Origin: Eledone cirrhosa
Taxonomy: Eukaryota
Length of the DNA stretch: 64,000 nucleotides
Reading direction: 5' to 3'
Assembly: GCA_964016885.1 (NCBI GenBank)
Contig: OZ024741.1
Coordinates: 325,128,001 to 325,192,000, forward strand
The notes under the pieces were generated by a model. It did not search any database. It saw only the letters and a program-made list of their open reading frames with translations, and had not been told where the DNA came from. A program made the translations under genes and the position numbers. Shown piece after piece: positions 35,553 to 50,925 of this stretch (position 1 is the first letter of the stretch; every line of letters starts with the position of its first letter).

Positions 35553-35800
35553 GTGTCAGGCAAAAGCACCACAGACGCTCTTTTCATAGTACGACAACTA
35601 CAGGAGAAGTACCTAGCTAAAGGTAAACCCCTCTACTTAGCTTTTGTCGACCTGGAGAAAGCCTTCGACAGAGTCCCCCGCTCCATTATCTGGTGGGCTC
35701 TTAGAAAACTAGGCTTTGACGAATGGCTTGTGAGGGCTATACAAGCCATGTATAAAGAAACAGCCTGGATGGCGCGGCACCAACATAACTTTACATAGAA
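35553..35800. mobile_element. Chimeric RTE-A fragment: + strand RT piece joined to - strand 3' UTR piece
   Basis: [10 protein letters not shown]...MYKET (+) switches at ~35763 to GCCTGGATGGCGCGGCACCAACATAAC, as in the - copy at 32476. Confidence 0.8.
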
Positions 35801-35807
35801 CAGATGA

Positions 35808-36032
<225 letters not shown>

Positions 36033-36102
36033 TATATATACACACATATATATATACACACATATATATATATATACACACATATATATATATATACACA
36101 CA

Positions 36103-36290
<188 letters not shown>

Positions 36291-36300
36291 TATATACATA

Positions 36301-36757
36301 TCATCATCATCATCATCATCAACGTTTAACGTCCGTGTTCCACGCTTGCATGGGTTTGGACGGGGGTAGTCCCACTTGAGGCAAGAGTGATTGTCTTGCT
36401 CGCATAGGACTGTCTGGCGGGTTTTCTACAGTTGGATGCCCTTCCTAACACCAACCACATTTACAGTGTGGGTCTGGGAGGTTTTTACCGTGTTGCCTAC
36501 ACGGCCACATTACAGCGTGGACTGTGTGTTTTTTTGTCGTGACACCTACACGATCTCATTTGTTTCGGCCTGGATGGCGCGGCACCAACATAACTTTACA
36601 TAGAACGGGGTGGTGTGGATGGGGTGGGGGTGGTGGTGGTGGGACGGGGTGTATTTTGTTAGACATGCCTACTGGCTGTAGTAGGTTTTACTATGTATTT
36701 AGGTAAGGCGGGTCTTCTCTGTTACTGAGTACCGCCAAAGGTCTCGGTCCAGTGACA

Positions 36758-36758
<1 letters not shown>
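36301..36758 (-). mobile_element. Short RTE-A 3' end
   Basis: (CAT)n, UTR and [19 protein letters not shown] on the - strand. Confidence 0.9.
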
Positions 36759-36811
<53 letters not shown>

Positions 36812-37063
36812 TATATATATATACACATATATATATATATATACACATATATATATATATATACACATACATATATATATATATACACATACATATATAT
36901 ATATATACACACATATATATATATATATATAGACATATATATATATACACACATATATATATATACACACATATATATATATATACACACATATATATAT
37001 ACACATATATATATATATATACACATATATATATATATATACACACATATATATATATATACA

Positions 37064-38182
37064 CATAAAAGATGTAGTGGGATCACAGGTAAGCTAACTA
37101 AGAACATAGATTTTACATGTGGCCGGTGCTCTGGTGCAATAAGTAGCAGCAAGTGCCCACAAACTACTAGCTCTTTCAATTGCGCAGAGGGTTCTATAGA
37201 AATAGTGGACAGCTTCCGTTACCTGGGCGATAAAATCAGCAGTGGGGGAGGGTGCTCTGAAAGTACTGTAGCTAGAGTCAGAACTGGTTGGAAAAAGTTC
37301 AGAGAGCTTATACCACTATTAGCTGCTAAAGGGTTCTCACTAAAAATGAAAGGCAGGTTGTACGATGCCTGCATACGAACAGCAATGCTGCATGGCAGTG
37401 AGACCTGGGCATTGTGTGCAGAGGATATACGCAGACTAGAGAGGAACGAAGCTTGCATGCTCCGCTGGATGTGTAACAGTAATATACGTGAACGGCAAAG
37501 CATAAACGAACTAAGGAAAAAATTAGAGATAAGAGGGATCAGATGTTGTTTACTCGAGAGAAGGCTACGTTGGTATGGACACGTGATGCGCATGAAAGTC
37601 GATAGCTGTATAACAAAGTGCAGGGCAATAAAGATAGACGGTAGTCACGGAATAGGCAGACCTAGAAAAACCTGGGACGAGCTGATAAACTCCGACATCA
37701 CACACTTACACCTCTCCAAGACAATGTCACTGGACCGAGACCTTTGGCGGTACTCAGTAACAGAGAAGACCCGCCTTACCTAAATATATAGTAAAACCTA
37801 CTCCAGCCAGTAGGCATCTCTAACAAAATACACCCCGTCCCACCACCCCCACCCCCACCCGATCCACACCACCCCGTTCTATGTAAAGTTATGTTGGTGC
37901 CGCGCCTTCGAGGCCGAAACAAATGAGATCGTGTAGGTGTCACGACAAAAAAACACACAGTCCACGCTGTAATGTGGCCGTGTAGGCAACACGGTAAAAA
38001 CCTCCCAGACCCACACTGTAAATGTGGTTGGTGTTAGGAAGGGCATCCAACTGTAGAAAACCTGCCAGACAGTCCTATGCGAGCAAGACAATCACTCTTG
38101 CCTCAAGTGGGACTACCCCCGTCCAAACCCATGCAAGCGTGGAACACGGACGTTAAACGTTGATGATGATGATGATGATGAT
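37064..38182 (+). mobile_element. 5'-truncated RTE-A copy (from PHD finger to tail)
   Basis: [10 protein letters not shown]...EKTRLT*, UTR, (TGA)n. Confidence 0.92.
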
Positions 38183-39003
38183 ATATATATATATACACAT
38201 ATATATATATATACACATATATATATATATACACATATATATATATATATACACATATATATATATATGCACACATATATATATATATACACACATATAT
38301 ATATACACACATATATATATATAGATATGGTGGCTGCCAACTCGTTTTCGAGTACGGCCACTACTTTATATCCATGTAGAACCCCTACCAATGCGCTGAA
38401 CGAATGTGACTTTTTAGTCCAGCCAGCGACTTGAAAACTCTGGTACAAACACTACACTTGTGACAATTTTTGACACATAGTGCTGGGCCCATGGTACCAT
38501 GTGACGACAAGTGCAGAGAGATCTCCTGATATAAAGCAATGCCTGTGCCGTGAAGCTTTTATAGTGAGCAAAGGCACTGCACAAAGCCAGTCCCACTCTC
38601 TTAACCAAGATGATATTTACCAAAAAGAAGAACAAGTCAACATCATTGGATACCATCAGGGTTGCAGGTGTTATATCAGAGTTTTCCTTCTCCTAGAATT
38701 CTGCCTTGACAAAGGCTAAGGGGTCATCTCTCCCGGTGATTTTGGATGGCTATTGACTCTTAAGAGCCCCTTTGACTTTTGACAGGTTTTGTTTTTAGTC
38801 CTGCAGGATGTCCAAAGTCACCCTCCTCACCAAGAAACCTTGGTGGGGTTGCCAGTTTAGTCGCCAACGACCCGACCATGAGACAGGTTGTACTGGGATA
38901 CATGTTACCAGTAGCACCAACTGGTGACCTGACACAATATATAGATATATATATATATATACACACACATATATATATATATACACATATATATATATAT
39001 ATT

Positions 39004-39752
<749 letters not shown>

Positions 39753-39889
39753 CATATATATATATATATACACACATATATATATATACATGTATATATA
39801 TATACACACATACATACACATATATATATATACATACACTTATATACACATATACACGACAACATACATACACGTAAAATTAATATCTA

Positions 39890-41586
39890 AAAATCAAAAG
39901 GGGGTGGGTATGTAAAGGGTAAGGTAGAGAGTAGGTGGGAATAAGGAAAATAAATAACATAAGAAAAAGTTAAAAAATAAGAGGAGATAAGGGAGAAAGA
40001 GAAAATAAAGGTACAGAAAGTGAGTTCAGAGAGTAAAAAAGTCGTAGTAGATGTAAGGCGTAAAGAGCAAAGAAGGAGTTCAGGGTGGTTAAGTCATTGT
40101 AGCAAAGAAGTTCAAGGTGGTTGAGTCATCGTAGGAATGTCAATCCAGTTACAGAGCAGATGTGATTTCAGGTGAGGACAACATCTGAAGATCTCGGTCT
40201 TGGAGTTAAGGCAAGTTGAAGTGGCTTTCAAATTCTGTAGAATTCTAAATTTTTCAGTGGTACACAAAGAACAATTCTTTGTGCCCCTTTGGTATTCCCC
40301 CGAATGGTCTATAATAGACCAATCGATAGAGTACGGGATGTTATTATCTTTGAATTCCCACACCTTATTAGTGAGTGCCATTGCTGTTCTTTTATCAGAG
40401 TGTTTAAAAGAAGCGACATGTGCATAAAACCTGGTTTTGGACCTGGCTGGCTGGTTGTTAATCAAAGGTGTTACTTTGGCCTCATATACAACGGATTTAG
40501 TGTTACATTTGCCCTGTAATGGGCATTCATCCGGCTTTCTGCAACTGCATCCTGGATTTATTCCTGTACGATTAGAGTTGGTGATTTTAGACTTCATAGA
40601 TGGGCAGCAAGAGTAACTAATTTTAACTACATTTCTATTAAATATCTTATAATATCTATGATTAGGGGGAAAATGCTTATCTAGGTCAAGGAATTTCCTT
40701 CCTACATTAGTTTTGACAGTTAGTGTAAACCAAATAATTTTCCTTTTTCTATTATTGTGATTAGTTTTAGGGGGAGGGGTAGGTAAATATGTAATCTGTT
40801 CTGTAAAGCCGCTGTTATTGAGGGCTTTATTATAATAAGTGGCAGCTTTATTAAAAATGTCTAAAGAAGAAGATAAACTAGAAATCCTACGGCTAATGTT
40901 GAGAATAAGATTTTTAAAAACTATAGGGGGATGGCAAGACTCTTTGTGTATATATCTTAGATTCTCATTAGGTTTATGATAAGGTTTAAAAGAGGGAGTA
41001 AGTAGATCAAGATTAATGTCAAGAAAGTTAGTATAGGTAAAGTTCGTATCTATAGTAATTTTAAGGTTAAGATTAGCAAAAGTATTGATTAAATCTTTAC
41101 GGAATTTATCAAGGTTATGGCCGTTGGTGGTATGAGAAACTACCAATCCGTCATCACGGTATAAACCGATATTATGGGAAGGAAATTTCTCTTTAAGGGT
41201 GTGGAGAAGGAATAATCCTACTAAGTCACACATATCAGCACTGTTATATGAACCCATTGCAACATCGAAAGAGTTTTCAGGGCTTGACTTTTTAACCCAA
41301 ATACTTTCATTAGTAAAGAGTAGAGTTTTCCTAGCATGAAAAATAATGTCTTCTTCTAATTTAGAAATATTAATGAAAGGTCTTGCAAAATCTAAGGCTT
41401 TATTTAATAAGGAAATAGTAATAGAGGGGTAAAAATCAACAATATCAAATTGGATAAATCTACACTTATTTTTACCTTGTACATTATTAAACCAAGAAAT
41501 AACAGACGATGTATTTAACCATTGTGATAAGTCAGTCTTAGTTCTAATTTTGAAAATTATTTTTCTTAAGATTTTTTTTACTTGCT
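39890..41586 (-). mobile_element. Penelope-like element (Naiad-like RT + GIY-YIG), 5'-truncated and decayed
   Basis: QWLNT..VI.WF, FIQFDIVDFYPSI, MGSY, GLYRDDGL, FLDINLDL, HKESCHPP, CSC-x5-CPLQGKC; the YIG segment is deleted after VVYEAKV. Confidence 0.85.
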
Positions 41587-41914
41587 ATATATATATATAA
41601 AGTCAGAGGAAACAGATATATATTTAAACATAAGCATAGATACATAAATGAGTGTAGTCTACCTTCAACGATGTGGCTCAATGAATGAGGGAATTAAATA
41701 AATAATCATTAATCAGTGCTATATAAAATTATAAGTTTGAAGAACAGACAGAAAAAATTTACCTAATTTATCTTCTTAGTTCGGAGAAATTAACTAAATA
41801 AAGAATCAATTAGATGGAGCTAAGTTTAAAATGTAAGTTTGAAGAAATAATAGATGAATTTTTACCAATATTCTTCTAGCCCCGACTGTCGACAGTGTCG
41901 CTTGTACTTTGTTG

Positions 41915-42234
41915 AAATGATGAGTTGCGAGAGAAGCTGTGTATAAGAGGGATAAGTTGTAGTGTGTGGGAGAGAAAACTGTGTTGGTATGGACATGTGA
42001 TGCGCATGGAGGAGGATGACCGCTGGGTAAAGAAGTGCCAAGAAACCCCAGTAGAAGGAAGACAGTAGAGGAAGACCACGAAAAACATGGGCGGAGGTGG
42101 TGAGAGCTGATCTCAGATCGCTGAAGCTCACAGAGGAGATGACGAAGGACCGTGACAAGTGGAGAGATGCTGTGCTGAATAGGACCCGTCCCACCCTGGC
42201 TAGCAGGGAAAAGCGGATGTAAACTGATGATGAT
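41915..42234 (+). mobile_element. Old RTE 3' fragment
   Basis: [20 protein letters not shown] motifs with stops; (TGA)n then (TA)n. Confidence 0.8.
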
Positions 42235-43057
42235 ATATATATATATATGTGTTTCAATCTCTGATCTCTGTGTTTCAATCTCTGATCATTACCATGTGTG
42301 TTATTATTCCTAGGGCAATAAATAGGCAGAATTGTTAGCACATCAGACAAATGCTTTGTGCAATTTGTTTTGACTCATTACATTTTGAGTTCAAATCCTG
42401 CCATAATTGACTTTGCCTTTCATCCTTTCAGAGGCAATTAAATGATTTCCCACCCCACTCACACCCTGACTTTGTCGAAATTAAAAACCATTGTTCCTAG
42501 ATATGTATGTTGTCGCAGGCTGTATTTGAACAAGGAACATTAATATGTAGATACTCTTGGGTCTTGAATAATTGTCCCTTCCACTTATTCGTTTTTCATA
42601 TCCCCTGCCCTCCCCGACATTTTTATTCCACCCCCTACTGCCGCTTATTAAATTTTGCTAATCTATCTCCAGAGAAATTTTATTGTAAGTGATTCATATT
42701 GATACAGCAGCTGTAGAATAATAATAATTTTGACATTAAAAAACATTATCTATGACAAAGAAAGAAAGTTGCAAGAAATCACATACGCTAAAAAATAAAT
42801 AGGAAATGTAAACTAAATAACTTTCCATCCCTCCCATGTATTCTAAACCCCCCACTTATACCACTTATAAGAATATAAGCAATGGTCCAACTTCACCCCC
42901 CTCCCCATTATTTGGGATTCATGAGTATGTACATACACTGCACCATTGGTTAAGTCAATAAGGATGTTGCTACTGTTAATTTCAGAAACAAAGATTCATT
43001 GTTTGAATCTATCCTGGCACCCTATATCAACCCAATGTATCAAAACATAGTGTAGAT

Positions 43058-43224
43058 TAGTCATGGGCAAACTGTGACTCTTGAGCTGCATGCGACCCGT
43101 TTGGCTTTCTGAATGGCACACCTAATTTCAAAATTCCCTTGAATTAATTTTAGTAGTATGGCCCACCTTATGATGAGCCACATCCTCTGCAGCCCACTGC
43201 TTGAAAAAAGTTTGCCCATGCCTG
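43058..43224. mobile_element. hAT-type MITE
   Basis: TIR TAGTCATGGGCAAACT / AGTTTGCCCATGCCTG; 8-bp TSD GTGTAGAT / GTGTAAAT. Confidence 0.8.
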
Positions 43225-45419
43225 GTGTAAATGATGACGAATTCCCATAGATCTTCAGTCAGTTTTGATGAGGAGCAGCATTTCATTGTTCAATCAACTG
43301 AATGTCCTAATTGTTAAATGACATGTAAGTGGCTGAGTATTCCAAAGACATGTGTACATCATCCTCATCATCATCACCATTTGACATCTATTTTCTGTGC
43401 TTGCATGGGTTAGACAGGCTGTCACGCACTGAGGCCACAGATGTTTTTTGGCTTGGTTTCTATGGCTGGATAGCCTTCTTAATGCCAAACACTTTACAGC
43501 ATGTACTGGGAGCCTGTTATCATAACTCCGGGACTACCACTTTTAAGGTTGAACTGGGTGCTTTTTATTGTGGCACTAGCACTACCACTTTACAGTGTGG
43601 GCTGGGTGTATTTTATGGCACCAGTACTACCAATTTATAAAGTAGGCTGAGTGTTTTTTTATCTTGGCACCAGTACTACCAATTTCTAGAGTACACTAGG
43701 TTCTTTTTATCATGGCACCAATACTACCAATTTCTAGAGTGGGCTGGGTGTATTTTATCATAACACCACCACTACCTCATTACTTCACTAGTGTGCTTAG
43801 TACCTTTACCATAATTCTCAGACAGAATCAGCATGAGACAATATGTGACAAGGCTGGACTTTTGACTTACAGGTACAATCCATATGACGGAATTCCACAC
43901 TGTTTCCATCGCCCGATTTCACTGAAGGATTGGGGTCGACCCGAGGCTATAGTACAGAAAGTCACTTGCCCAAGATTCCACCTCAGAACTTCATGATTGT
44001 GAAAGGAACCTCTCAGCTAATCAGCCATGTCTTTGTCCACCCACAGTCACAGTGTAGATATATATATATATTGTAAATAGACACTGCAAAGATGAGGTTA
44101 GTATTGTCTGGACATTTATAAATCTTAGTTTTATGTCTCATGATACACACAGAAAGCTGATTATTAAGCCCACAACAACTATTGATGGAGTTGTTAGAGA
44201 CATTGCTGTAACATATGGCCTTGAGCCATTTTAAACCTGACAGAGCCCATCCCTCATCCCTTTCAAGGTTTGATCTTAACTGTCTTCTTGTAGAGAGAAA
44301 TTAAGAAAGAGAGAAAGTAAGAAGGAAAGAAAAAGAGAGGGGGAGAATGAGAGAGAGAAGAATCAGCGTCTGTACTGGACTAGTGCTTTATTTATTGATC
44401 ATGAAAGGATGATGAGCAGAGTTGACCGTAACAGGATTTGAACTCTTGCAGGGAGCTGGAAGCAATACTGCAAAGCATTCTATCCGAAGGCATAACAACT
44501 TTGCCACTTCACTTCCTTAACAGACACAAACCCAGTAATTAATTATAGAATATACCTATTTTCAAAATAAAATGCATGTCTTCCATATCTGTAGTCTTGT
44601 GTTGAAATTATGTGATATGACATGCACAGCATAGGGTCTAGATTTTGTAATTGAAATGCTGTCATAGGTGTTTATATATATATATATATATATCGTCATC
44701 ATCGTTTAAAATCCACTTTCCACACTAGCATGGGAGTTAGACAGGTTTGTCCCATTTGAGTCAAGTTGTGTCAGGTGCCCGTGTCTCGCTCTGGCTAGAT
44801 TTCTACAGTTGGATGCCCTTCCTAACGCCAACCACGTTTACAGTGCATGCTGGGTGCTTTTTGTCATGACTCCTACACGACCACATGACTCCTATGCGAC
44901 CATAACTCCTACATAACCATGACTCCCACATGACCATAACTCCTACATATATAGTAAATAGTTAGTGCCCGGCAGCTGAGCTCATGCTGTTTCAACAGCA
45001 AATGGATAACTTGGGCACTAACTATCTACAATTCCTACACTCTACTTTCCAAAATATTGAGCACTTAGCTGAATATGGTCTTACTTATCTAAACTGGTAA
45101 CTCATAATCTCTCTCTCTCTCTTTCTATATGATGACGATGAGGATGATGATGAATTTAGACACAAGGTCCATAATTTGGGGTCAGGGGTTAGTCTATTGA
45201 ATCATTCTCAGTACATGACTGGTACTTTATTATGTGTTAAGAATCCTATATCTGAAAACCTCCCAAACCCCCAATTTTTCACATGCTGACATGACTCACA
45301 ACAACTATCTTCAGGGTAAATTTGATATATATAAAATTACTACTTGGGTACATGTAAAACTATGTTCAGTATAATATGTATAAAACTATGTTTAGGGTAT
45401 ATGTAATTTATATAAAACT

Positions 45420-45592
45420 ACTTATAGTGTGTATATAATTTATATGTAACCACGTACAGGGTGTATATAATTTATATGTAACCACATACAGGATGTATAT
45501 AATTTATATGTAACCATGTACAGGGTGTATATAATTTATATGTAACTACCTGTAGGGTGTATATAATTTATATGTAACTACTTTCAGTGTAT
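45420..45592. repeat. ~33-bp minisatellite, ~5 copies
   Basis: GTGTATATAATTTATATGTAAC unit. Confidence 0.8.
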
Positions 45593-46104
45593 ATCATCAT
45601 CATCATCATCATCATTTTACGTCCCCTTTTCCCTGCTTGCAAGGGTGGGACGGGAACTGATTCTGGCTTGATTTCTACAGCTGGATGCCCTTCCTAACAC
45701 CAACCTCATTTACAGTGAGTGCTGGGTGCTTTTTTGCCGTGGCATCTCCACGACCACTTTGCAGTGGAATGATAGGGACTCCAATCCCTATCATCTCATT
45801 TCTACAGCTGAGTAAACTGGAGCAATGTAAAATAAAGTGTCTTGCTCAAGGAAACAACACATCACCCGGTCTGAGAATTGAACTCACAACCTTTCGATTG
45901 CAAGGCCAATGCTCTAACCACTAAGCCATGTGCCTCCATGTATATATGATATATATATATATATATAACCACCTACAGGGTATATGTAGTTTATATAAAA
46001 CTACCTTCAGTGTGACATTTCTAGCAACCCATATTACATGACATAGTAGTGTTCTAATGGCTAAGGAATGAGGTACTGTTAGTACATTGAGAAAAATTGA
46101 TAAA

Positions 46105-46690
46105 TGGGCTGGCTGTTCTGTTCATTGAGCAGCTGTGACAGTTATTGTCAAGAGGATCAGGCTGTTCCATTTATGGAACAATTGGAGTAATCATTGTCTA
46201 AACAAGCAGGCTGTTCTGTCAAAACGTGCAGGCTGTTCAACCAAAACAAGCAAGCTCTTTCGCCAAAACAAGCAGACTGTTTCATCAAATCACACAGGCA
46301 GTTGTTCCACCAAAATGAGTAGGTTGTTTTGTCAAAACAAGCAGGCTCTTCTGTCAAAATGAGCAAAGTATTTAGTCTGTTAAACAAGCAGGTAGTTTTG
46401 CCAAAATGTACAGGCCAAAACAGGCAGGCTGTTTTTCCAAAATGAAAAAGCTATTCTGTCAAATGCACAGGCTGTTCTGCCAAGACATGTTGGCTGTTCC
46501 AGTGACGAAACAACTAGAACAATCCTCATCAAATTGAGCAGACTGTTCTGTCAAATTGAGCAGACTGTTCTGTCAAATTGAGCAGACTGTTCTGTCAAAT
46601 TGAGCAGGCTGTTTTGTTGATCACTCGACTGGAACAGTCGTCATCAAAATAGACAGGTTGTTCTGTCAAACAGGCAGGCTGTTCCACTAG
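46105..46690. repeat. Degenerate ~23-bp tandem repeat field upstream of ERI1 exon 3
   Basis: GCAG(G/A)CTGTTCTGTCAAA motif; perfect 23-mers at 46527-46610. Confidence 0.75.
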
Positions 46691-46783
46691 TTGTTGATCA
46701 ATCAGCTGGTAGTCATTGACAAAACATGGAGATCCATTCCATTCCAATAAATGAGGTTTGATATGTTTGTTTTGTTGTTGCAG

Positions 46784-46994
46784 AGGCAATAAGGAAGTGT
46801 TGAAGAAACGTTTGAAGATGTTCTACAAGAAACATCGGCTACGGGCCGTGAACAGTACGTTGGTGAAAGAAACTGGGTTTGAATTTCTGTTGGTCATTGA
46901 TTTTGAGGCCACATGTACACCTTACAACTTCAACTTCAAACATGAAATTATTGAGTTTCCCATCATACTGGTTGATGTAAAGCAGAAAATGATA
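46784..46994 (+). CDS. ERI1: ERI1 exon 3 (end of SAP domain, ExoI motif)
   Basis: TTGCAG acceptor; GNKEVLKKRLKMFYKK...VIDFEATC...HEIIEFP; GTAAGC donor. Confidence 0.95.
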
Positions 46995-47679
46995 GTAAGC
47001 AATAGTTTTTACACTCTGTTTTAGTGTGTATATATGTGTACATACGTTAATGTGTGTATGTGTATATATCTGTATATGTATGTGTGTACATTCTTATTCA
47101 TTTATCTGTTCCAGCCACCCGACTGAGGCCATGCTGGAGCACCACCATTGATATATATATATAAAAAAAAAAAAAAAAAATGAATAATATTTATATATAT
47201 ATGTTTATGTGTTTGTGTATATGTGTGTACATAAGTATCTTTATGTGTGTACATAAGTATGTTTATGTGTGTTTGTGTATATGTATGTGTGTACATATGT
47301 ATGTTTATGTGTGTGTTTGTGTATGTATCTGTATATGTATGTTTGTATATATGTGAAATATAGTGTCTTGGTCAAGGATACAATGTGCTGCCTTGTCTGG
47401 GATTTGATTTCACAACCTTGCAATCATGAGCTAAACTGCCTAACCACTAAACCATGTTTCTCCTTCAGTGTAGTAATTGGCACTACTGAACAAAGACCAC
47501 ATTTTAGACATTACCTCTTCAATATGTGATGTAAAAGATGTCTGATGTCTGTCTCAAGCCTGGATGCTCATCAGGATGGTGCATACTCGGTTTCCCTCAT
47601 GTTAAGCGACTGAGAGTACAAGACTCCCCACTTGACAGGACACCTTAGTTTTCTTGTTTGTTATTTTTATATTTTTCAG

Positions 47680-47763
47680 GTTGATAAATTCCATTCCTAC
47701 TGTAAACCCAAAATTAACCCAGAACTTACAAAGTTTTGTACAGAATTAACAGGTATCACACAG
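47680..47763 (+). CDS. ERI1: ERI1 exon 4
   Basis: TTTCAG; VDKFHSYCKPKINPELTKFCTELTGITQ; GTGAG donor. Confidence 0.95.
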
Positions 47764-47806
47764 GTGAGATTATTATTATTATTATTGTCATTATGTGCTG
47801 GATAAG

Positions 47807-48023
47807 GCAGTGGATTGGCAGAATTGTTAGAGCGTCAGACAAAATACTTTGTGGCATATAGTTACATCACTTTATGTTTTGAGTTCAAATCTCGCTGAGG
47901 TTAGCTTTGCCTTTCATCCTTATGGTGCTGATAGAATAAAGTACCAGTAATGCACTGGGGTCAGTTTAATTGACTTTTCCCTCACCCAAAATTGTTGGCC
48001 TTGTGCCTAAATCAGAAACCATT
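47807..48023 (+). mobile_element. Nin-domain tRNA-SINE in ERI1 intron 4
   Basis: TGGCAGAATTG A-box, GAGTTCAAATC B-box, GCCTTTCATCCTT...AATAAAGTACCAG. Confidence 0.8.
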
Positions 48024-48716
48024 ACAGATCTGCTTGATCAGATATATCGGGGCCAAACATGAACCTAGATCTAAAATACTCATTAATAATTAACCTCAGC
48101 TTTTCATGCTGGATGTGCCATTAAAGACCTGGTTAGTTTTTATTTAAAGTTTCTGCCCTCGTAGATGGGCCTGAGGACATCTCACTCATATGTTCCATTT
48201 TTGGCATGGTTTCTGAAGTGGGAATCCGTTCCTCACACCATCTAGTTTACAGAGTGTAGTGGGTGCATTTTATGATGCCCTCAACATTAGAGAGGTTGTC
48301 AAATCCTCAACATGACTAAAGAGTCATTTCTACATTGTTTTCTTTATTTGATTGTCAATCATTTTACAGAGTGTACTGGGTGCATTTTATCATGACACCA
48401 ACACTAGAGAGGATTGCTTTGTCCTCTACATATTGAAAGAATCCTTTTTACTCTACATTCTCCCTGGTTTTTCAGGCAAATGTGTTTGAGTGTGTGGCTA
48501 AGCTTGTCATCATCATAAGTCAACTTTCCATGCTAGCATGGGTTGGATAAGTCATCAGACTAAGTCAGTACATAACTCAGAGTTACTATCCTCTCACTGA
48601 TTAATGCAAAAGACCGCATTTTTCTTATTTATAGTTCAGGTTTTGACATAGTTTCTATGGCTGGATGCCCTTCCAATCACCAATCATTTTACAAAGTGTT
48701 TTTTAAGAGTAAATTA

Positions 48717-49154
48717 CCATATTTGACAGCTTATAAGATGTATGGTCTTCTAAGATGCACCTCAATTTTGGGTATTAAAATAATAAATAAATGGTTATAA
48801 AGTTAGTACTTCGTGAAGGGTATAAAATTTGAATATCATATTTTTTTTATTATCATTCTACATTGTAATTCTAGTTGTAATATTTTAGTACATTTTTAAA
48901 ATATAAGAAAGTGTGAAAATAAATTTACTTTCTCTATATCATATTTTTTGTGAAATAAATTCATCATAAAATTTATTAAAATTGTAACTATTGTTGGTGT
49001 AGAAGCAATCACCACCTTGTTTACATTTGTGGTTTAATTTAAAGGCCACTACAGCACTATAATTCCACTATCCAGGAACCCAAACTGATCCTTGACTTTA
49101 TAAGATCAGGATATTTTTTGAAAAAAAAAGTGTCTTATAAGCCATCAAATATGG
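48717..49154. mobile_element. Tc1/mariner-pogo type MITE
   Basis: TA|CCATATTTGACAGCTTATAAGA ... TCTTATAAGCCATCAAATATGG|TA; ends 31 nt before ERI1 exon 5. Confidence 0.75.
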
Positions 49155-49185
49155 TATATATTTTCATGTGTGGCCATTATTTCAG

Positions 49186-49319
49186 GAAACAGTAAACAGT
49201 GCACCAGCATTTCCCGAGGTTATGTCACAGGCTCTACAGTGGCTCTTATCAAAAGGTTTGCTCACCTCTGTAACAAACAGTTCACATCGAAGAAATAAAT
49301 TTGCTATCGTCACTGACGG
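49186..49319 (+). CDS. ERI1: ERI1 exon 5
   Basis: TTTCAG; ETVNSAPAFPEVM...FAIVTDG; GTAAG donor, phase 2. Confidence 0.93.
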
Positions 49320-49350
49320 GTAAGAGAATTTTTTAAATTTGATTATTTAA

Positions 49351-49541
49351 CCCTTTATGACAGCATTTCTAATTAAATGCACTCTATTTCAATTAATTAA
49401 TTAATTAATTTTGAGAGATTTTGCTAAGATAGTAACTTAGCATGTGGTTCTTATATAAAATCATGTTGGAAGATTTTAATTTAAATAGAACTCTTCAAAA
49501 TTGGTGCTTATTTTCATAGAAACAGAACTGGTTTTGAAAGG
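49351..49541. mobile_element. TTAA-flanked piggyBac-like MITE
   Basis: TTAA|CCCTTT...AAAGG|TTAA. Confidence 0.5.
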
Positions 49542-50925
49542 TTAAAAAGACTGGTCATTCATTCTCACTTTGTATTTGGTATAAAATAGGAACACGGTAA
49601 TCCTTGTGTGTTGTAAAAGTTGATTAAAAAGGTTAGTGCCAGGACCGGCATCTGGCTGTAAAGCAATGCCTCAAAAAGCCTCCTATAATGAGTAAGGAGT
49701 CTATCATGGAATCCACAATGCTAACCCCTGCTTTAGCAGGGAACATAGCCTTGAAATGTTTGTTGTTTGTTCATTTTTGTGTTTTTTTGGCTGTAGGTTA
49801 GGCTGTCGGCTTACCAACCTCACTGTTTTAAGTTCAAATTGTACTACATCAATTGTATTTTTTTAATGGCTTTGTCAGAAGAACCATATCTCTGTGTGTT
49901 GTAAGAGGTGTGTTGTAATGAGTTGGTATTAGGAAGGGTGTAAAATATTGCCTCAAAATGAACTCCATGTCATGGGGTTCGCAAAGCCAGTGGGAGGGAG
50001 AATAACTTAAAATATTTGATGTAGTGTCCTGTTGCCTGAGAAGGATGTTATGCACCAATGTCTCCTTTTCAAAGACTTTGGGACAACTGGAAAAAAGGGC
50101 GTAAGTTATCTTTGAACAAATATTTGTAATGAACTAAACTCTGCTAAAGGCAGCCAAGGGTCAGGTGCAGATGTTAAAACAAGTAGACGGATTAAGTATG
50201 CCATCAATGTGGTAGAGGTGGAAGGGGGTATGTTCTATTTCTAGTTATCACATACAGACATTAGATACCACACACTTCCATAAGTGGGTATGAAGCACTC
50301 TATTGTTTCTGTATGAAGAAACAGTCAAATATTTGTGTGTGTGTGTGTGTGCGTGTAGCATGATTGAATGGTTATAAAATTTGCTTCTGAATCATTAGGC
50401 CCAGGGTTCAATCCCACTGTGTGACATCTTGGGCATGTGTTATTTACTATAGCTTCAGGTTGACCCAAGCCATGTGTGTGATGTGTGAAATTGGGTAGGC
50501 AGAGACTGTATGACCGTTGGATGTACTATACCTATAATATTGTCATACTGAATTCTTAGAATGCTTAGCCACAAGCAGGCTGTTCTGTTCTATTTTAATA
50601 GCTGGATTACTCACTATCAAAACTGACAGGTCTATTCCAGATTTGTGCATATGTGTCATCATCATCATCATCATACGTCCGCTTTTCCCTGCTTGCAAGG
50701 GTGTGTAAACTTATCATCCAATATATACATGTGCACACGTGCGTGTGTTCGTTCACTGATCCAATATGCACATACGTGTGTGTGTGTTTTCACTTATCCA
50801 ATATTAACATATGTGCGCGTGTTCACTTATCATCCAATAAATACATGTTTGTGTGTGTGCATCTTGAAATGCATTGTTAATTTATGCGTGTATTAATTCA
50901 TTGGTGCACTTCACTGTATTTCCAG

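Noticed and set aside
38327-38936. TA-flanked segment resembling a LINE 5' UTR, possible HDV-like ribozyme on the - strand
   Set aside because: Could not assign P1/P2 pairing by eye; the family cannot be identified without a search
40040-40111. Possible SECIS downstream of the Penelope ORF (ATGA...AA...GA on the - strand)
   Set aside because: Helix too short, and no in-frame TGA in the ORF
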